A stretch of DNA of 64,000 nucleotides from Alphaproteobacteria bacterium (GCA_964291675.2 OZ219866.1:2688001-2752000), one strand, 5' to 3'. Numbered from the stretch's first letter, positions 8,365 to 20,909 are shown. Made by a program: numbers and translations. The notes: a model not told the origin generated them from the letters alone.

Positions 8365-10971
8365 TCAGGCGGCGATCGACCTCCGCGCCGGGCCCGCGTC
8401 GAAGGCCAGCCCGTCCTCGCCCCGGGCGACGCGCACCGTCTCGCCGTCCTTGACCCCGCCTTCGAGGATCAGGGTGGCGAGCGGGTTCTGCAGGCTGCGC
8501 TGGATGACCCGCTTGAGCGGACGCGCGCCGTAGGCGGGGTCGTAACCCTGTTCGGCGAGCCAGGTCTTGGCGTCGTCGGCCACCGCGAGCGCGATCTTGC
8601 GGTCCTCCAGCAGCCCGGCGAGCCGGGCGAGCTGGATGTCGACGATCGCCTTCATGTGGTCGCGCCGGAGCCGCTGGAAGACCAGCATCTCGTCCAGCCG
8701 GTTGAGGAATTCGGGCCGGAAGGCGGCGCGTACGATCGCCATCACCGCCTCGCGCGAAGCCGCCGCGTCCTCGTCGTCGGCCTGCGCGGCCAGCATCTCG
8801 CCGCCCAGGTTCGATGTGAGCACGATCAGCGTGTTGCGGAAATCCACCTGCCGTCCGTGTCCGTCGGTCAATCGCCCCTCGTCGAGCACCTGGAGGAGGA
8901 TGTTGAACACGTCGGAATGGGCTTTCTCGATCTCGTCGAACAGCACCACCTGGTAGGGCCGCCGGCGCACCGCCTCGGTCAGCGACCCGCCTTCCTCGTA
9001 GCCGACATAGCCCGGCGGCGCGCCGATCAGCCGGGCGACCGAGTGCTTCTCCATGAACTCCGACATGTCGATGCGGATCATCGCCGCCTCGTCGTCGAAC
9101 AGGAACGCCGCCAGCGCCTTGGTGAGCTCGGTCTTGCCGACCCCGGTGGGGCCCAGGAACATGAACGAGCCGAGCGGGCGGTTGGGGTCCTGCAACCCGG
9201 CGCGGGCGCGGCGGACGGCGTTGGCGATCGCAGCCACCGCGTCCTCCTGGCCGACCACGCGGCGGGTGAGCGTCTCCTCCATCGCCATCAGCCGGTCGCG
9301 CTCGCCCTCCAGCATCTTGTCGACGGGAATGCCGGTCCAGCGCGACACCACGGCGGCGATGTCGCCGTCGGTGACCTCCTCCTTGAGCATCCGCCGGCCG
9401 CCGCTCTCCGCTCCCGCCCCGGCCTCGGCGAGGTCGCGCTCCAGCTCGGGGATCAGCCCGTAGGCGAGCTCGCCGGCGCGCGCGAGGTCGCCTGCCCGCT
9501 GCGCCGATTCGAGCTCCGACCGGGCCTGGTCCAGCCGTTCCTTGAGCTTCTGGCTTTGCGCGATCTTGTCCTTCTCGCGGGTCCACAGGGCGGTCAGCCC
9601 GGTCGCCTGTTCCTCCAGCTCGGCGAGCTCGCGTTCCAGCGTCGCCAGCCGCTCGCGCGCCGCCTCGTCGTTCTCCTTGCCCAGCGCCTCGCGCTCGATC
9701 TTGAGCTGGATGATGCGGCGGTCCAGTTCGTCGATCTCCTCGGGCTTGGAATCGACCGTCATCCTGAGGCGGGACGAGGCCTCGTCCACCAGGTCGATCG
9801 CCTTGTCGGGGAGAAACCGTTCGGTGATGTAGCGGTTGGCGAGCGTCGCCGCGGCGACGATGGCGCCGTCGGTGATCCGGATGCCGTGGTGAAGCTCGTA
9901 TTTCTCCTTGAGCCCGCGCAGGATCGAGATCGTGTCGGCGACCGTGGGCTCGGTGACGAAGACCGACTGGAAGCGCCTGGCGAGCGCCGCGTCCTTCTCG
10001 ATGCGCTTGCGGTGCTCGTCCAGCGTGGTCGCGCCGATACAGTGCAGCTCGCCGCGTGCCAGCATCGGCTTGAGCATGTTCGACGCGTCCATCGCCCCCT
10101 CCGCCGCCCCCGCGCCGACCAGGGTGTGGAGTTCGTCGATAAAGACGACGATATCGCCTTGCGCCGCCCTGATCTCCTCGATCACCGCCTTCAGGCGCTC
10201 CTCGAACTCGCCGCGATACTTGGCGCCGGCCACCATGGCGCCCAGGTCGAGCGCCATCAGCCGCTTGTCGCGCAGCGGTTCCGGGACGTCGCCGTTGACG
10301 ATCCGCTGGGCGAGGCCCTCGACGATCGCCGTCTTGCCGACCCCGGGCTCGCCGATCAGCACCGGGTTGTTCTTGGTGCGCCGCGCCAGCACCTGGATGG
10401 TGCGGCGGATCTCCTCGTCGCGCCCGATTACCGGGTCGAGCCTGCCCGACTCCGCCTGTTCGGTGAGGTCGGTCGCGTAGCGCTTGAGCGCGTCATAGGC
10501 CTGTTCCGCGGTGGCGCTGTCCGCGGTCCGGCCCTTGCGGAGCTGCTCGATCGCCGCGTTGAGCGATTGCGGCGTCACGCCGCTTGCGCGCAGGGCATCC
10601 GCCGCTTCCGTGCCGTTCGCGAGCGCGGCGCCGAGCAGCAGGCGCTCGACGGTGACATAGCTGTCTCCGGCCTTGTCCGCGGCCTCCTGCGCCGCCGAGA
10701 TGAGACGCGACGCCTCGGCCGTCATGTAGAGTTGGCCGTCTCCGCCCTCGACTCTGGGAAGCTTGTCCAGCGACGCCTCGGTGCGCGCGAACGCCTGCCC
10801 GGGATCGCCGCCGGCGGCCTGGATCAGCCCCGCGCACAGCCCCTCCCGGTCTTCCAGCAGGATCTTGAGAATATGTTCGGCTGTGAGGCGCTGGTGGCGG
10901 CGGGCGGCGGCCTGGGCCTGGGCCGCTTGCACGACGCCGCGCGCCCGTTCGGTGAAACGGTCGAAATCCAT
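8365..10971 (-). CDS. clpB: ATP-dependent chaperone ClpB
   Basis: Two AAA+ modules (GEPGVGKT; GPTGVGKTE), [11 protein letters not shown], coiled-coil middle domain, GARPLKR. Confidence 0.97.
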   Translation of the reverse strand: MDFDRFTERARGVVQAAQAQAAARRHQRLTAEHILKILLEDREGLCAGLIQAAGGDPGQAFARTEASLDKLPRVEGGDGQLYMTAEASRLISAAQEAADKAGDSYVTVERLLLGAALANGTEAADALRASGVTPQSLNAAIEQLRKGRTADSATAEQAYDALKRYATDLTEQAESGRLDPVIGRDEEIRRTIQVLARRTKNNPVLIGEPGVGKTAIVEGLAQRIVNGDVPEPLRDKRLMALDLGAMVAGAKYRGEFEERLKAVIEEIRAAQGDIVVFIDELHTLVGAGAAEGAMDASNMLKPMLARGELHCIGATTLDEHRKRIEKDAALARRFQSVFVTEPTVADTISILRGLKEKYELHHGIRITDGAIVAAATLANRYITERFLPDKAIDLVDEASSRLRMTVDSKPEEIDELDRRIIQLKIEREALGKENDEAARERLATLERELAELEEQATGLTALWTREKDKIAQSQKLKERLDQARSELESAQRAGDLARAGELAYGLIPELERDLAEAGAGAESGGRRMLKEEVTDGDIAAVVSRWTGIPVDKMLEGERDRLMAMEETLTRRVVGQEDAVAAIANAVRRARAGLQDPNRPLGSFMFLGPTGVGKTELTKALAAFLFDDEAAMIRIDMSEFMEKHSVARLIGAPPGYVGYEEGGSLTEAVRRRPYQVVLFDEIEKAHSDVFNILLQVLDEGRLTDGHGRQVDFRNTLIVLTSNLGGEMLAAQADDEDAAASREAVMAIVRAAFRPEFLNRLDEMLVFQRLRRDHMKAIVDIQLARLAGLLEDRKIALAVADDAKTWLAEQGYDPAYGARPLKRVIQRSLQNPLATLILEGGVKDGETVRVARGEDGLAFDAGPARRSIAA

Positions 10972-11064
10972 CGGCTGCAACTCCGGTTACAGACATTGCA
11001 TGTTGCGCCCCCTGCGACAGGCGGGCATGCCGGCGGACCCCTCGGGCGTCCGCTCGACAATCTC

Positions 11065-11094
11065 TATATGGAAACGCCGCTCAGGCCCTGCAAG
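11065..11094 (-). promoter_or_regulatory. putative RpoH (sigma32) heat-shock promoter of clpB
   Basis: Minus strand reads CTTGCA-N17-CCATATA, similar to the alphaproteobacterial RpoH consensus CTTGAA-N15-17-CCTATAT; about 95 nt upstream of clpB. Confidence 0.55.
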
Positions 11095-11125
11095 GCCTGC
11101 GATGCCGGGGAAATGCGGCCGCGGG

Positions 11126-11569
11126 CTACTCCCGGGACTGCGGCTCCTGGGGCGGGGCTTCCGGCGAGGCCTGCGCCGACAGGCCGTTCTGCGGCGGCTG
11201 CTCGGCGTCCGTCGCGCTGCCGTTGGACGCCTCGGCGGCCTGCTGGCGCGGCGCGGCGCCGTTGCTGTCGGCCCTGGCTTCGAGCTGGGGGTTCTGGCGC
11301 TGCCCCTGGGCGTTGCGGTCCTCGCCGCCGCCATTGGCCGTCATCACCCGGTAATAGTGCTCCGCGTGCTGAAAATAGCTTTCCGCCGTGATCCGGTCGC
11401 CGACGGAAGACGCATCCCGCGCCAGCGCCAGATATTTCTCTACCACTTGCTGGGCGTTACCCCGAACCTTCACCTCGGGACCGTTGCTCTCGAAGGTCTG
11501 TGACCGGGGATGCGAATTCTTGCGTCCTGTGCGGCCGCGCAAACGCTTCGGATTGGATCCTTGTCTCAT
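11126..11569 (-). CDS. DUF4167 domain protein
   Basis: FESNGPEVKVRGNAQQVVEKYLALARDA...AESYFQHAEHYYR; usual position between prmC and clpB. Confidence 0.88.
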   Translation of the reverse strand: MRQGSNPKRLRGRTGRKNSHPRSQTFESNGPEVKVRGNAQQVVEKYLALARDASSVGDRITAESYFQHAEHYYRVMTANGGGEDRNAQGQRQNPQLEARADSNGAAPRQQAAEASNGSATDAEQPPQNGLSAQASPEAPPQEPQSRE

Positions 11570-11785
11570 GGGTCCCACTTCTCTGTTCGGGCGAGTGTCT
11601 TTCCCTCAGCTTTCCACCCTGTCGCACCTCAAGGGAGCGGCGTCTCTCGACTTGGGCGGCGTGCTGTGGGGGTGCGCCTAGTTGCGGCCTGCAGTCTCGA
11701 GCCTTCGGCTTGCTGCTGTGCCCGTTGTTCAGGCTAGACCGCGAGCCCCGTCATTCCAACTATTATCTTGTCGACCCCATGTCGA

Positions 11786-12636
11786 TCAACCCCGGCATGC
11801 GAAGCCAAGGCAGCGCATGGTGCCCGCGAGATCGGCCTCGCGGGCGAATCGCTCGAGTCCGACTTCCGCCATGATCGCCTCGACGGCGCTTTCCTGGCCG
11901 GCGCCGATCTCGACAAAGGCGGCGCCGGGGGGCGCCAGGCGCCTTGCGATCGCCGGAGCCATCCGGCGGTAGGCGTCGAGCCCGTCGGCGCCGCCGTCGA
12001 GCGCCGTCCTCGGCTCCCAGCGCGCGATTTCGGGTTCCAGCCGGTCTATCGCGGCGCCCGGAATATAGGGCGGGTTGCCGAGGACCAGGTCGAACCTGCC
12101 CTCGACGCCCGAGTCCCAGTCGGCACGGCGAAACGACGCGCGCCCCGAAAGACCGAGCGCGGCGGCGTTGCGCGCCGCCGTGGCGACCGCCCCCGCCACG
12201 ATGTCGGTGCCCACGCCCGCCGCGTGCGGCAGTTCGCTGAGCAGCGCGAGAAGCAGGCATCCGGTGCCGGTCCCGAGATCGAGCGCGCGGATCCGCCCCG
12301 ACCGGCCGGCGCGCCAGCGAAGCGCTGCGGCGACCACCGTCTCGCTGTCCGGCCGCGGGTCGAGCGTATCTTCGGAGACCGCGAATTCCAGGCTCCAGAA
12401 CTCTCGCTTCCCGAGGATGCGCGACACCGGTTCTCGCTCGGTGCGGCGGGCGATCAAGGCATCGAACCGTTGCGCCCGTTCGGCCGCGACCGGTGCTCCG
12501 GGCGCGCGGACCAGGGCTTCGGCGGGTTGGCCGAGGGCGGCCTGAAGCAACACCCGGGCCTCGCCGCGCGGCCCTTCGATGCCGGCGTTTCCAAGCCTCT
12601 GCCCGGCCTCCCGCAGCAGCGCTTCGACGGTCCGGC

Positions 12637-12640
<4 letters not shown>
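11786..12640 (-). CDS. prmC: release factor glutamine methyltransferase PrmC (HemK)
   Basis: [43 protein letters not shown]; follows prfA. Confidence 0.95.
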
Positions 12641-13707
<1,067 letters not shown>

Positions 13708-13729
13708 CTGCACGGGCGGCCCCGCCGGT

Positions 13730-14974
13730 TCACGAGAGTCCGGCCAGAAGGTCGGCGAGGTGGGCGAGCGGAACTTCGTCCTGGGCGCCGCTGTCAAGGT
13801 CCCTCACCGTTGCCATGTCCCGGGCGAGCTCGTCCTCGCCGAGAATGACCGCCGCGCGCGCATTGACGCGATCGGCCCGGCTCAACCGGCGGCTCAGATT
13901 GCCGCGATAACCGAGCTCGATGGCGAACCCGGCGCGACGCAGCCGGTTGGCGAGGACCAGGGTTTCGGTCTCCGCCCTCGGACCCACCGGGATCAGCGCG
14001 ATCGGCCGTGGCGGCGGTTCCGGCGCGCCGGCCAGCATCGACAGCCGCTCGATACCGCCGGCCCAGCCGACTCCCGGGGTCTCCGGCCCGCCCATCTGGC
14101 CGATCAGCCCGTCATAGCGCCCGCCGGCGATGACCGCGCCCTGCGCGCCGAGCGCGTCGGTGGTGAATTCGAACGCCGTGTGGCAGTAGTAATCGAGCCC
14201 GCGAACCAGGCGGGGGTTGACCGCGTAGGCGATCCCGAGCCGGTCGAGCCCGTCACGGACGGATGCGAAGAAATCGGCCGATTCCGCATCCAGGCTGTCG
14301 CCCAGCGCCGGGGCTCCGGCGATGGCGGCACGGTCGCCCGGGTTCTTGGAATCGAGGATTCGCAACGGGTTGCGCGCCAGGCGCTCGAGGCTGTCGCGCG
14401 ACAAATCGTCGCGCCGCGCCTCGAAATAGTCGACCAGCAACTCGCGGTAGGCCGCCCGGCTCCGCGCGTTGCCGAGCGTGTTGAGCTCAAGCGTCACCTG
14501 CCCGGCAACGCCGAGCGCGTCCAGCGTCGCCGCCCCCAGGGCCATCGCCTCGATGTCGCCGAGCGGCTCCGCGACCCCCAGCAATTCGATGCCGATCTGG
14601 TGAAACTGGCGCAGCCGGCCCTTCTGCGGGCGCTCGTAGCGGAACATCGGGCCGGCATAGAAGTACTTGAGCGGCATGTGCTGGGCGAGCCCGCCCGAGA
14701 TGACGGCGCGCGCGACTCCCGCGGTGCCCTCGGGGCGCAAGGTGATTTCCGCGCCGCTTCGGTCGGCGAAGGTGTACATCTCCTTGGTCACGATGTCGGA
14801 CGTGTCGCCCAGCGTACGCTTGAAGACCTCGGAGAACTCGAAGATCGGCGTCGCCATCTCGTGATAGCCGTAGCGCTCCGCCACCGAGCGGGCGGCATCC
14901 GCCACGCGCCGGAAGGCGCGCGCCTGATCGGGAAGCAGGTCGTGGGTCCCGCGGACCGGCTGCAGCCTGGCCAT
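13730..14974 (-). CDS. hisS: histidine--tRNA ligase
   Basis: [38 protein letters not shown]. Confidence 0.97.
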   Translation of the reverse strand: MARLQPVRGTHDLLPDQARAFRRVADAARSVAERYGYHEMATPIFEFSEVFKRTLGDTSDIVTKEMYTFADRSGAEITLRPEGTAGVARAVISGGLAQHMPLKYFYAGPMFRYERPQKGRLRQFHQIGIELLGVAEPLGDIEAMALGAATLDALGVAGQVTLELNTLGNARSRAAYRELLVDYFEARRDDLSRDSLERLARNPLRILDSKNPGDRAAIAGAPALGDSLDAESADFFASVRDGLDRLGIAYAVNPRLVRGLDYYCHTAFEFTTDALGAQGAVIAGGRYDGLIGQMGGPETPGVGWAGGIERLSMLAGAPEPPPRPIALIPVGPRAETETLVLANRLRRAGFAIELGYRGNLSRRLSRADRVNARAAVILGEDELARDMATVRDLDSGAQDEVPLAHLADLLAGLS

Positions 14975-15051
14975 GGCGACGTTTGCTCGCGCTCTTGAAC
15001 CGGCGCCTTATAGCGCAGATCGGCAAGCGGCAGAAAGCGCGCCGACCGCCC

Positions 15052-16203
15052 CTACCGTCGCAGGCCGTCCAGCGCAATATCGCGCATCACCGCCCCCGGC
15101 GGGCCGAGCGGCGGCATCGCCTTTCCGTCGACCAGCACCTCCAGGCCGCCGGCATTTCCGGTGATCAGCGTCAGACCCTGCTGCTGCGGTACGGCGTATC
15201 TCTGACCCTCGCGCAGCAGGCCCGAATAGAGCGGCGGCGCGTTGCCCGACCGGATTTCGATCCAGCTATCTGTCACCGCGCGCAGTACGAGGCCGGGAAG
15301 GGCGGCGGCCTCCGCGCCCGCCGGTCCCGGACCGTCATGGGCCTCGGCGTCGGGCGGAGGGGGAGGCGAGGGCAGGGAGGCCGTCTCCGTCTCCGCCCGG
15401 CTCTCCGATTCCGCCTGTGCCGGCTCCGGCGCGGCGGGGTTGTCGGATCCCACAGGCTCGGCCGGGGAGATCGGCTGCGGGTCCTGTTCCGCGGTTACGG
15501 CTCCGTCGTCCGAGAACGCGGCCCGGAGCTCCGGCTCCGGCTCCAGCTCCGGCGCCGAGGGCTCTCGTATCGCCACGACGGTCGCTTCGGCCTCGATGCC
15601 GCTGGAGGTGTCGCCGGCGCGGGCGCTCGATTGGGGCGTCGGCGGCGGCTCTTCCCTGGCTGGACCGGCGGGCGACGGGTCGCCGCCTCCCGCATCGGGC
15701 TCCTCGTCGAGCAAGCTGGCGAACCGGTCCGGCAGTGCCGCGACCCGTTCCATGGGATCGCCCTCGGTATTCGCCATGAAGTACCAGACCCCGTAGACCA
15801 CGATCGCGAGCAGAGCCGCCAGCAGCAGAACCGACCGGGTGGGGAGATGCCCTTCGTCGATGGGGGAAAACACCTGCAGCTCGCTGCGGTCTGCGGTGCC
15901 CGCGCGGTTGGCGCGCAGGCGTTCCGCCAGCTCCGCCCCGTCGAGACCGAGATAGTTCGCGTAGGCCCGCAGGAACCCGGTCTGGTAGGCGAGGCCCGGA
16001 AGATCTTCGAAGCGCCCCGCCTCGATCGCCTCGATATAGACCTGTCGAATGCGCAGGTCGCGCGCGACATGAGCCACGTCGCGTCCGAGGACGATCCTCG
16101 CTTCGCGCAGACTCGCGCCGACCTCGGCCGGCTCGAAATCCAGCGAAATCTCCTCACCGAACATTTCGCGGCGGGCTCTGGCGATGGGTCCACCTCCACG
16201 CAT
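15052..16203 (-). CDS. rodZ: RodZ-like protein (N-terminal HTH, one TM segment, C-terminal DUF4115)
   Basis: LREAR...VARDLRIRQVYIEAIEAG...GFLRAYANYLGLD, one TM helix, DSWIEIR...GNAGGL. Start could be 16164. Confidence 0.85.
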   Translation of the reverse strand: MRGGGPIARARREMFGEEISLDFEPAEVGASLREARIVLGRDVAHVARDLRIRQVYIEAIEAGRFEDLPGLAYQTGFLRAYANYLGLDGAELAERLRANRAGTADRSELQVFSPIDEGHLPTRSVLLLAALLAIVVYGVWYFMANTEGDPMERVAALPDRFASLLDEEPDAGGGDPSPAGPAREEPPPTPQSSARAGDTSSGIEAEATVVAIREPSAPELEPEPELRAAFSDDGAVTAEQDPQPISPAEPVGSDNPAAPEPAQAESESRAETETASLPSPPPPPDAEAHDGPGPAGAEAAALPGLVLRAVTDSWIEIRSGNAPPLYSGLLREGQRYAVPQQQGLTLITGNAGGLEVLVDGKAMPPLGPPGAVMRDIALDGLRR

Positions 16204-16330
16204 GGCGTCGACGCCGCCCGCCAGGCCGCGAAGTTCATCCCCAATGCGGTCCCCTGCGGAAACGGCATCTCAGTATAACGGGACTAGGCCACGTTGAAAG
16301 ACATGGTTTCCGCTCACCGGCGGGTGGCCT

Positions 16331-18607
16331 TCACAGCTCTGCGAGCTCGATCCCGTGGTCGATGGCGTAGTCCCGCAGGCGCTCCCGGATACTGTGATCC
16401 GGCAGGCTCAGAAGCGTCTTCATGAACCCGGCAAGCGCGCCTGCGTCGAGGCCGTTGACCATCGTCTTGACCGCCCCGAGCGTGCCTGCCGGCGCGGACA
16501 GGCTGCGGAAACCCACGCCGATCAGCGCCATCGCCTCGATCGGGCGGCCGGCCATCTCGCCGCACAGGGAAACCGCGACGCAGTCGTCGGAGCATCGGCG
16601 TGCCAGGTTCTCCAACACCGAGAGCAGGCCCGGGGAAAGCACGTCGTAGCGGTCCGCCACCAGGGGATTGCCGCGGTCGACGGCAAAGAGAAACTGGAAC
16701 AGGTCGTTGCTGCCGACCGACAGGAAGTCGACCTGCGGCAGGAGGGAGTCGAGCTGCCACATCAGGCTCGGCACTTCCAGCATCGCGCCCACCTCGAGCG
16801 GTTCGGGGATGCGCCGGCCGCGGCTCTTCGCCCGCTCGACTTCGAGGTCGAGTATGGCGCGTGCCGCCTCGAACTCCGCGACCTCGGCGATCATCGGGAA
16901 CATGACGCTCAGCGGGCTTCCGTCGCACGCCGCGATGAGGGCGCGGAGCTGCTGGCGCAGCATGCTCGGCCGGTCGAGCGCGACCCTGATCGACCGCCAG
17001 CCCATCGCCGGGTTCTGGTCGGCGGAATCGCGGAAATAGGGGAGCTGCTTGTCGCCGCCGATATCGAGCGTGCGGAACCTGACCGGCCGCCCCGCGGCGC
17101 CTTCCAGCACCCGGCGGTAAAGATCGGTTTGCGCCTCGACGCTGGGTAGCTCGGAGTGGAGCATGAACGGGATCTCGGTACGGTAGAGCCCCACCCCGTC
17201 CGCCCCGCTCGCCTCCAGCGATTGCAGGTCCATCAACAGCCCGGCGTTCACGTTGAGGCTGATATAGACGCCGTCCCTGGTGACCGCCGGCTCGTCCCGC
17301 TTGGCGCTGTAGGCCGCGAGGCGGCGCTGGCGGACGGAAAAATACTCCGCCACCGTTTGCTGGATGTCTTCCCCCGGCCGGACATAGACCTGGGAGTGGT
17401 CTCCGTCCACGATCACCGGATCCATCGGGTCGACCTGCGACAGCGCTCCCTTGACCCGGCCCACCACGGGGATGTCGAGCGCCCGGGCGACGATGGCGAC
17501 GTGCGAATTGGCCGAGCCCTCTTCCAGGATCAGGGCCTTGAGCCGCCGCGGCGCGTAGTCGAGGAGTTCCGCCGGGCCGATCGAATGGGCCACCAGGACC
17601 AGCGCCTCCGGCTGCTCCGCAAGATGCGCCGTGCGTACGTCGCCCGTCAGATGGTGCAGCATCCGGTAGGCCAGATCCTCAAGGTCCGCCATCCGTTCGC
17701 TCAGATAGGGGTCGGTGATCTGGCGCATCCGGGCGCGGGTGTCGTCGAGCACTTTCTGCACCGCGGCCTCGGCGGTCAGACCGCCGTCGATCGCTTCGCC
17801 GATGCGGCGCAACCAGCCCCGGTCCTCGGCGAACTTGCGGTAGGCGTGCAGCACGTCCAGGTGTTCGCCGGGTCGGCCGAGCGCATCCAGCGCAAGCATG
17901 TCGTCGAGCTCGCTATGCATCGACGACAGGGCTTCGGCGAGCCGCCGGTGCTCGGCCGCCGGGTCGTCGGCGACGAGCTGGGGGATGCTCACCCTCGGGG
18001 TGTGGTGCACGGCTTCCCCCGTGGCGAGGCCGCCGTTGATCCGGACTCCTTCGAGACGGATGGCGAGAATGGCGTTGCCCTGCGCCGGGGCGGTCTCCAC
18101 CGGGCTCACCAGCCCGCCGGAGGCGATCAGCTCGGCGATGACGACGGCGATCACCTCCAGCGTTTCGACCTCCTCGTCGCTGTATTGCCGCTGCGCCCGG
18201 TTCTGCACCACCAGGACGCCACGCACCCGCCCGCCCCGAATGACCGGCACGCCGAGCAGCGAGTGGAAGACCTCTTCTCCGGTCTCCGGCCGGTAGCTGA
18301 ATTGCGGGTGGCTCTGGGCATCGGGGAGGTTGAGGGGACGCGCCCGGGCCGCGACCTCGCCGACCAGCCCTTCGCCGACCCGGAGGCGGGTCAGGTGCAC
18401 CGCCGACGGGTTCAGGCCTTCGGTCGCGAACAGCTCGAGCGTTTCGCCGGCGCGCATCACGTAGACCGAGCACACCTCGGCAACCATTTCCGCCGCCACC
18501 AGCTTGACGATCTCGTCCAGGCGGTCCTGCGCCGAGCCGTCCCCGGCCATGATCGTCCGGAGCCGGCGAAGAGCCTGGCGGTGACCGCCCATGCCGGTCT
18601 GCGCCAT
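16331..18607 (-). CDS. ptsP: phosphoenolpyruvate-protein phosphotransferase EI(Ntr) with GAF domain
   Basis: N-terminal GAF (AEVCSVY...ATEGL), SHVAIVAR phospho-His, GVGLYRTE, RTLDIGGDK, SVGSNDL. Confidence 0.95.
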   Translation of the reverse strand: MAQTGMGGHRQALRRLRTIMAGDGSAQDRLDEIVKLVAAEMVAEVCSVYVMRAGETLELFATEGLNPSAVHLTRLRVGEGLVGEVAARARPLNLPDAQSHPQFSYRPETGEEVFHSLLGVPVIRGGRVRGVLVVQNRAQRQYSDEEVETLEVIAVVIAELIASGGLVSPVETAPAQGNAILAIRLEGVRINGGLATGEAVHHTPRVSIPQLVADDPAAEHRRLAEALSSMHSELDDMLALDALGRPGEHLDVLHAYRKFAEDRGWLRRIGEAIDGGLTAEAAVQKVLDDTRARMRQITDPYLSERMADLEDLAYRMLHHLTGDVRTAHLAEQPEALVLVAHSIGPAELLDYAPRRLKALILEEGSANSHVAIVARALDIPVVGRVKGALSQVDPMDPVIVDGDHSQVYVRPGEDIQQTVAEYFSVRQRRLAAYSAKRDEPAVTRDGVYISLNVNAGLLMDLQSLEASGADGVGLYRTEIPFMLHSELPSVEAQTDLYRRVLEGAAGRPVRFRTLDIGGDKQLPYFRDSADQNPAMGWRSIRVALDRPSMLRQQLRALIAACDGSPLSVMFPMIAEVAEFEAARAILDLEVERAKSRGRRIPEPLEVGAMLEVPSLMWQLDSLLPQVDFLSVGSNDLFQFLFAVDRGNPLVADRYDVLSPGLLSVLENLARRCSDDCVAVSLCGEMAGRPIEAMALIGVGFRSLSAPAGTLGAVKTMVNGLDAGALAGFMKTLLSLPDHSIRERLRDYAIDHGIELAEL

Positions 18608-18612
18608 CGGGA

Positions 18613-19683
18613 TCAGCCCCCGGCCGAGGCCCTCGCCTCGATGGCGGCGAGTGCCTGGTCGACCAGCTCGCCGATGATCTCCGCGGTCGGCTGCTCGCCG
18701 ACCACCATGCCGACGCTCTGTCCGGCCATCAGCGAACCCGAGTCGATGTCGCCGTCGATGACCGCGCGGCGCAGCGCGCCGGCCCAGAAATGCTCGATTT
18801 CGAGCTGCGCCTCGTCCTGCGCCATGTCGCCGGCGCGAACCTTGGCGATCACCCGTTTCTGGGTCTCGATGAAGGCCTGGGTTCCCTTGTTCTGCAGCGC
18901 CCGCACCGGGGTCACCGGAAAATCGGGGTCGACCTGCACCGAGGTCACCGCGTCGCGGGCCGAGGCCCGGATGAAGGCGCGCTTGAAATCGGGATGCGCG
19001 ATCGACTCGGTCGCGCACACGAACCGCGTGCCGAGCTGACAGCCCGACGCGCCGAGCTCCAGATATCCGAGGACCGCGTCGCCGCGCCCGATACCGCCGG
19101 CGATGAACACCGGAACCTGGTCGAGATTGGGCAGGATTTCCTGCGCCAGCACGCTGGTCGCCACCGGGCCCACATGGCCGCCCGCCTCCGCGCCCTCGAT
19201 GACGATCGCATCCGCGCCGAGCCGCACCAGCCGGCGCGCGACCGCCAGCGTCGGCGCGAAGCAGAGCACCTTCGCGCCGCTTTCCTTGATCCGGGCGATC
19301 GCCGGGCCCGGCGGCAGCCCGCCGGCGAGGATGACATGCGACACATGGTGGTCGCCGCAGACGTCGATCAGCGCGTCCAGCTGCGGATGCACGGTGATCA
19401 GGTTGACGCCGAAGGGGCGCGCGGTGAGGCGGTACGTGGCCTCGATCTCGGCGCTCAGCAGGTCGGGCGTCATCGCGCCGCAGGCGATGACGCCGAACCC
19501 GCCCGCGTTGGACAGCGCGGAGACCAGCTTGCGTTCCGACACCCAGGTCATCGCCCCGCCAAGGATGGCGTACTCGGCGCCCAGGAAAGCGCGGCCGCGG
19601 TGCCACAGGGCGTCGAGCCGCGCCCGTGCGGCGCGACGACCGGTCACCGACCTCTGACGTTCGCGGGCAGCGGTCCCGCTCAT
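18613..19683 (-). CDS. nitronate monooxygenase / FabK-like flavin oxidoreductase
   Basis: ILGGAMTWVS, EGAEAGGHVG, IAGGIGRG, GSLMAGQSVG; usual position between lysC and ptsP. Confidence 0.85.
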   Translation of the reverse strand: MSGTAARERQRSVTGRRAARARLDALWHRGRAFLGAEYAILGGAMTWVSERKLVSALSNAGGFGVIACGAMTPDLLSAEIEATYRLTARPFGVNLITVHPQLDALIDVCGDHHVSHVILAGGLPPGPAIARIKESGAKVLCFAPTLAVARRLVRLGADAIVIEGAEAGGHVGPVATSVLAQEILPNLDQVPVFIAGGIGRGDAVLGYLELGASGCQLGTRFVCATESIAHPDFKRAFIRASARDAVTSVQVDPDFPVTPVRALQNKGTQAFIETQKRVIAKVRAGDMAQDEAQLEIEHFWAGALRRAVIDGDIDSGSLMAGQSVGMVVGEQPTAEIIGELVDQALAAIEARASAGG

Positions 19684-20909
19684 GCGGTCTCGCCGTCGTC
19701 GAGACCGTAGGCGGTGTGCAGCGCACGCAGGGCGAGCTCGGTGTATTCCTCGGCCAGCAGCACGCTCACCTTGATCTCCGATGTCGATATCACCTGGATG
19801 TTGATGCCTTTCTCGGCCAGGGCGTTGAACATCTTCTGCGCGACCCCGGCATGCGACCGCATGCCGACTCCGATCACCGAGATCTTCACCACCTCCGGGT
19901 CGCCCTCGACGCGGCGGAAGCCGATCTTGTCGCGCGCCGCTTCGATCATGCCCAGCGCGCGATCGTAATCCGCCTGGGCGACGGTGAAGGTGATGTCGGT
20001 CTGCTTGCCGTCCGCCGATACGTTCTGGACGATCAGGTCGACATTGATGCTGGTCTCCGCCAGCGGGCCGAATATGCCGGCCGCGATCCCGGGGCGGTCC
20101 GGCACGCCCACGATGGTGACCTTGGCCTCGTCCCTGGTATAGGCGATGCCGCTGACGACTTGCTGTTCCACGTCCTCGTCCTCGTTGACCACGAAGGTGC
20201 CCGGCGCATCCACGAAGCTGGACAGCACCTGCAGCTCGACCCCGTGGTTCATCGCCAGCTCGACCGACCGGGTTTGCAGCACCCTGGCGCCCTGCGACGC
20301 CATCTCGAGCATCTCCTCGAAGGTGACTTTCTCGAGCTTGCGCGCCTTGGCGACGATTCGCGGGTCGGTGGTATAGATCCCGTCCACGTCGGTAAAGATG
20401 TCGCAGCGGTCGGCGCCGAGCGCGGCGGCGAGCGCCACCGCGGAGGTATCCGATCCGCCGCGCCCCAGCGTGGTGATGCGTCTCGCCGCGCTGAGACCCT
20501 GGAAGCCGGCGACGACCGGGACCTGACCCTGCGCCATGCGCCGCAACAGCTCGTCCGGGTCGATCTCGCCGATGCGGGCGCGGCCGTGCACGTCGTCGGT
20601 CAGGATCGGGACCTGCCAGCCGAGCCAGGACCGCGCGTCGACACCGGCGGCCTGGAGGGCGAGCGCCATCAGCCCCACCGTCGCCTGTTCGCCGGACGAC
20701 ACCACGACGTCGTATTCGCGCGCGTCGTGCACCGGGGCGATCTCGCGCGTCCACTCGACCAGCCGGTCGGTGGTTCCGGCCATGGCCGAGACGACGACGG
20801 CAACCTCGTTCCCGGCCGCGACCGCGTTGGCGACCCGGCCGGCGGCGGTGCGGATCCGGTCGATGTCGGCGACCGATGTTCCGCCGAATTTCTGCACGAG
20901 ACGCACCAC
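19680..20909 (-). CDS. lysC: aspartate kinase
   Basis: VQKFGGTSV, TTLGRGGSDTSA, TDVDG, ACT domains, ISTSEIK. Confidence 0.97.
   Translation of the reverse strand: MVRLVQKFGGTSVADIDRIRTAAGRVANAVAAGNEVAVVVSAMAGTTDRLVEWTREIAPVHDAREYDVVVSSGEQATVGLMALALQAAGVDARSWLGWQVPILTDDVHGRARIGEIDPDELLRRMAQGQVPVVAGFQGLSAARRITTLGRGGSDTSAVALAAALGADRCDIFTDVDGIYTTDPRIVAKARKLEKVTFEEMLEMASQGARVLQTRSVELAMNHGVELQVLSSFVDAPGTFVVNEDEDVEQQVVSGIAYTRDEAKVTIVGVPDRPGIAAGIFGPLAETSINVDLIVQNVSADGKQTDITFTVAQADYDRALGMIEAARDKIGFRRVEGDPEVVKISVIGVGMRSHAGVAQKMFNALAEKGINIQVISTSEIKVSVLLAEEYTELALRALHTAYGLDDGETA

Noticed and set aside
8308-11391. Very long alternative-frame or antisense ORFs (for example 8308..11391 +, 30428..33247 -, 1188..4103 +, 33320..35800 +, 50627..53098 -)
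   Set aside because: They shadow well-supported genes, translate to low-complexity or motif-free sequence, and are expected from the scarcity of stop codons in high-GC DNA.
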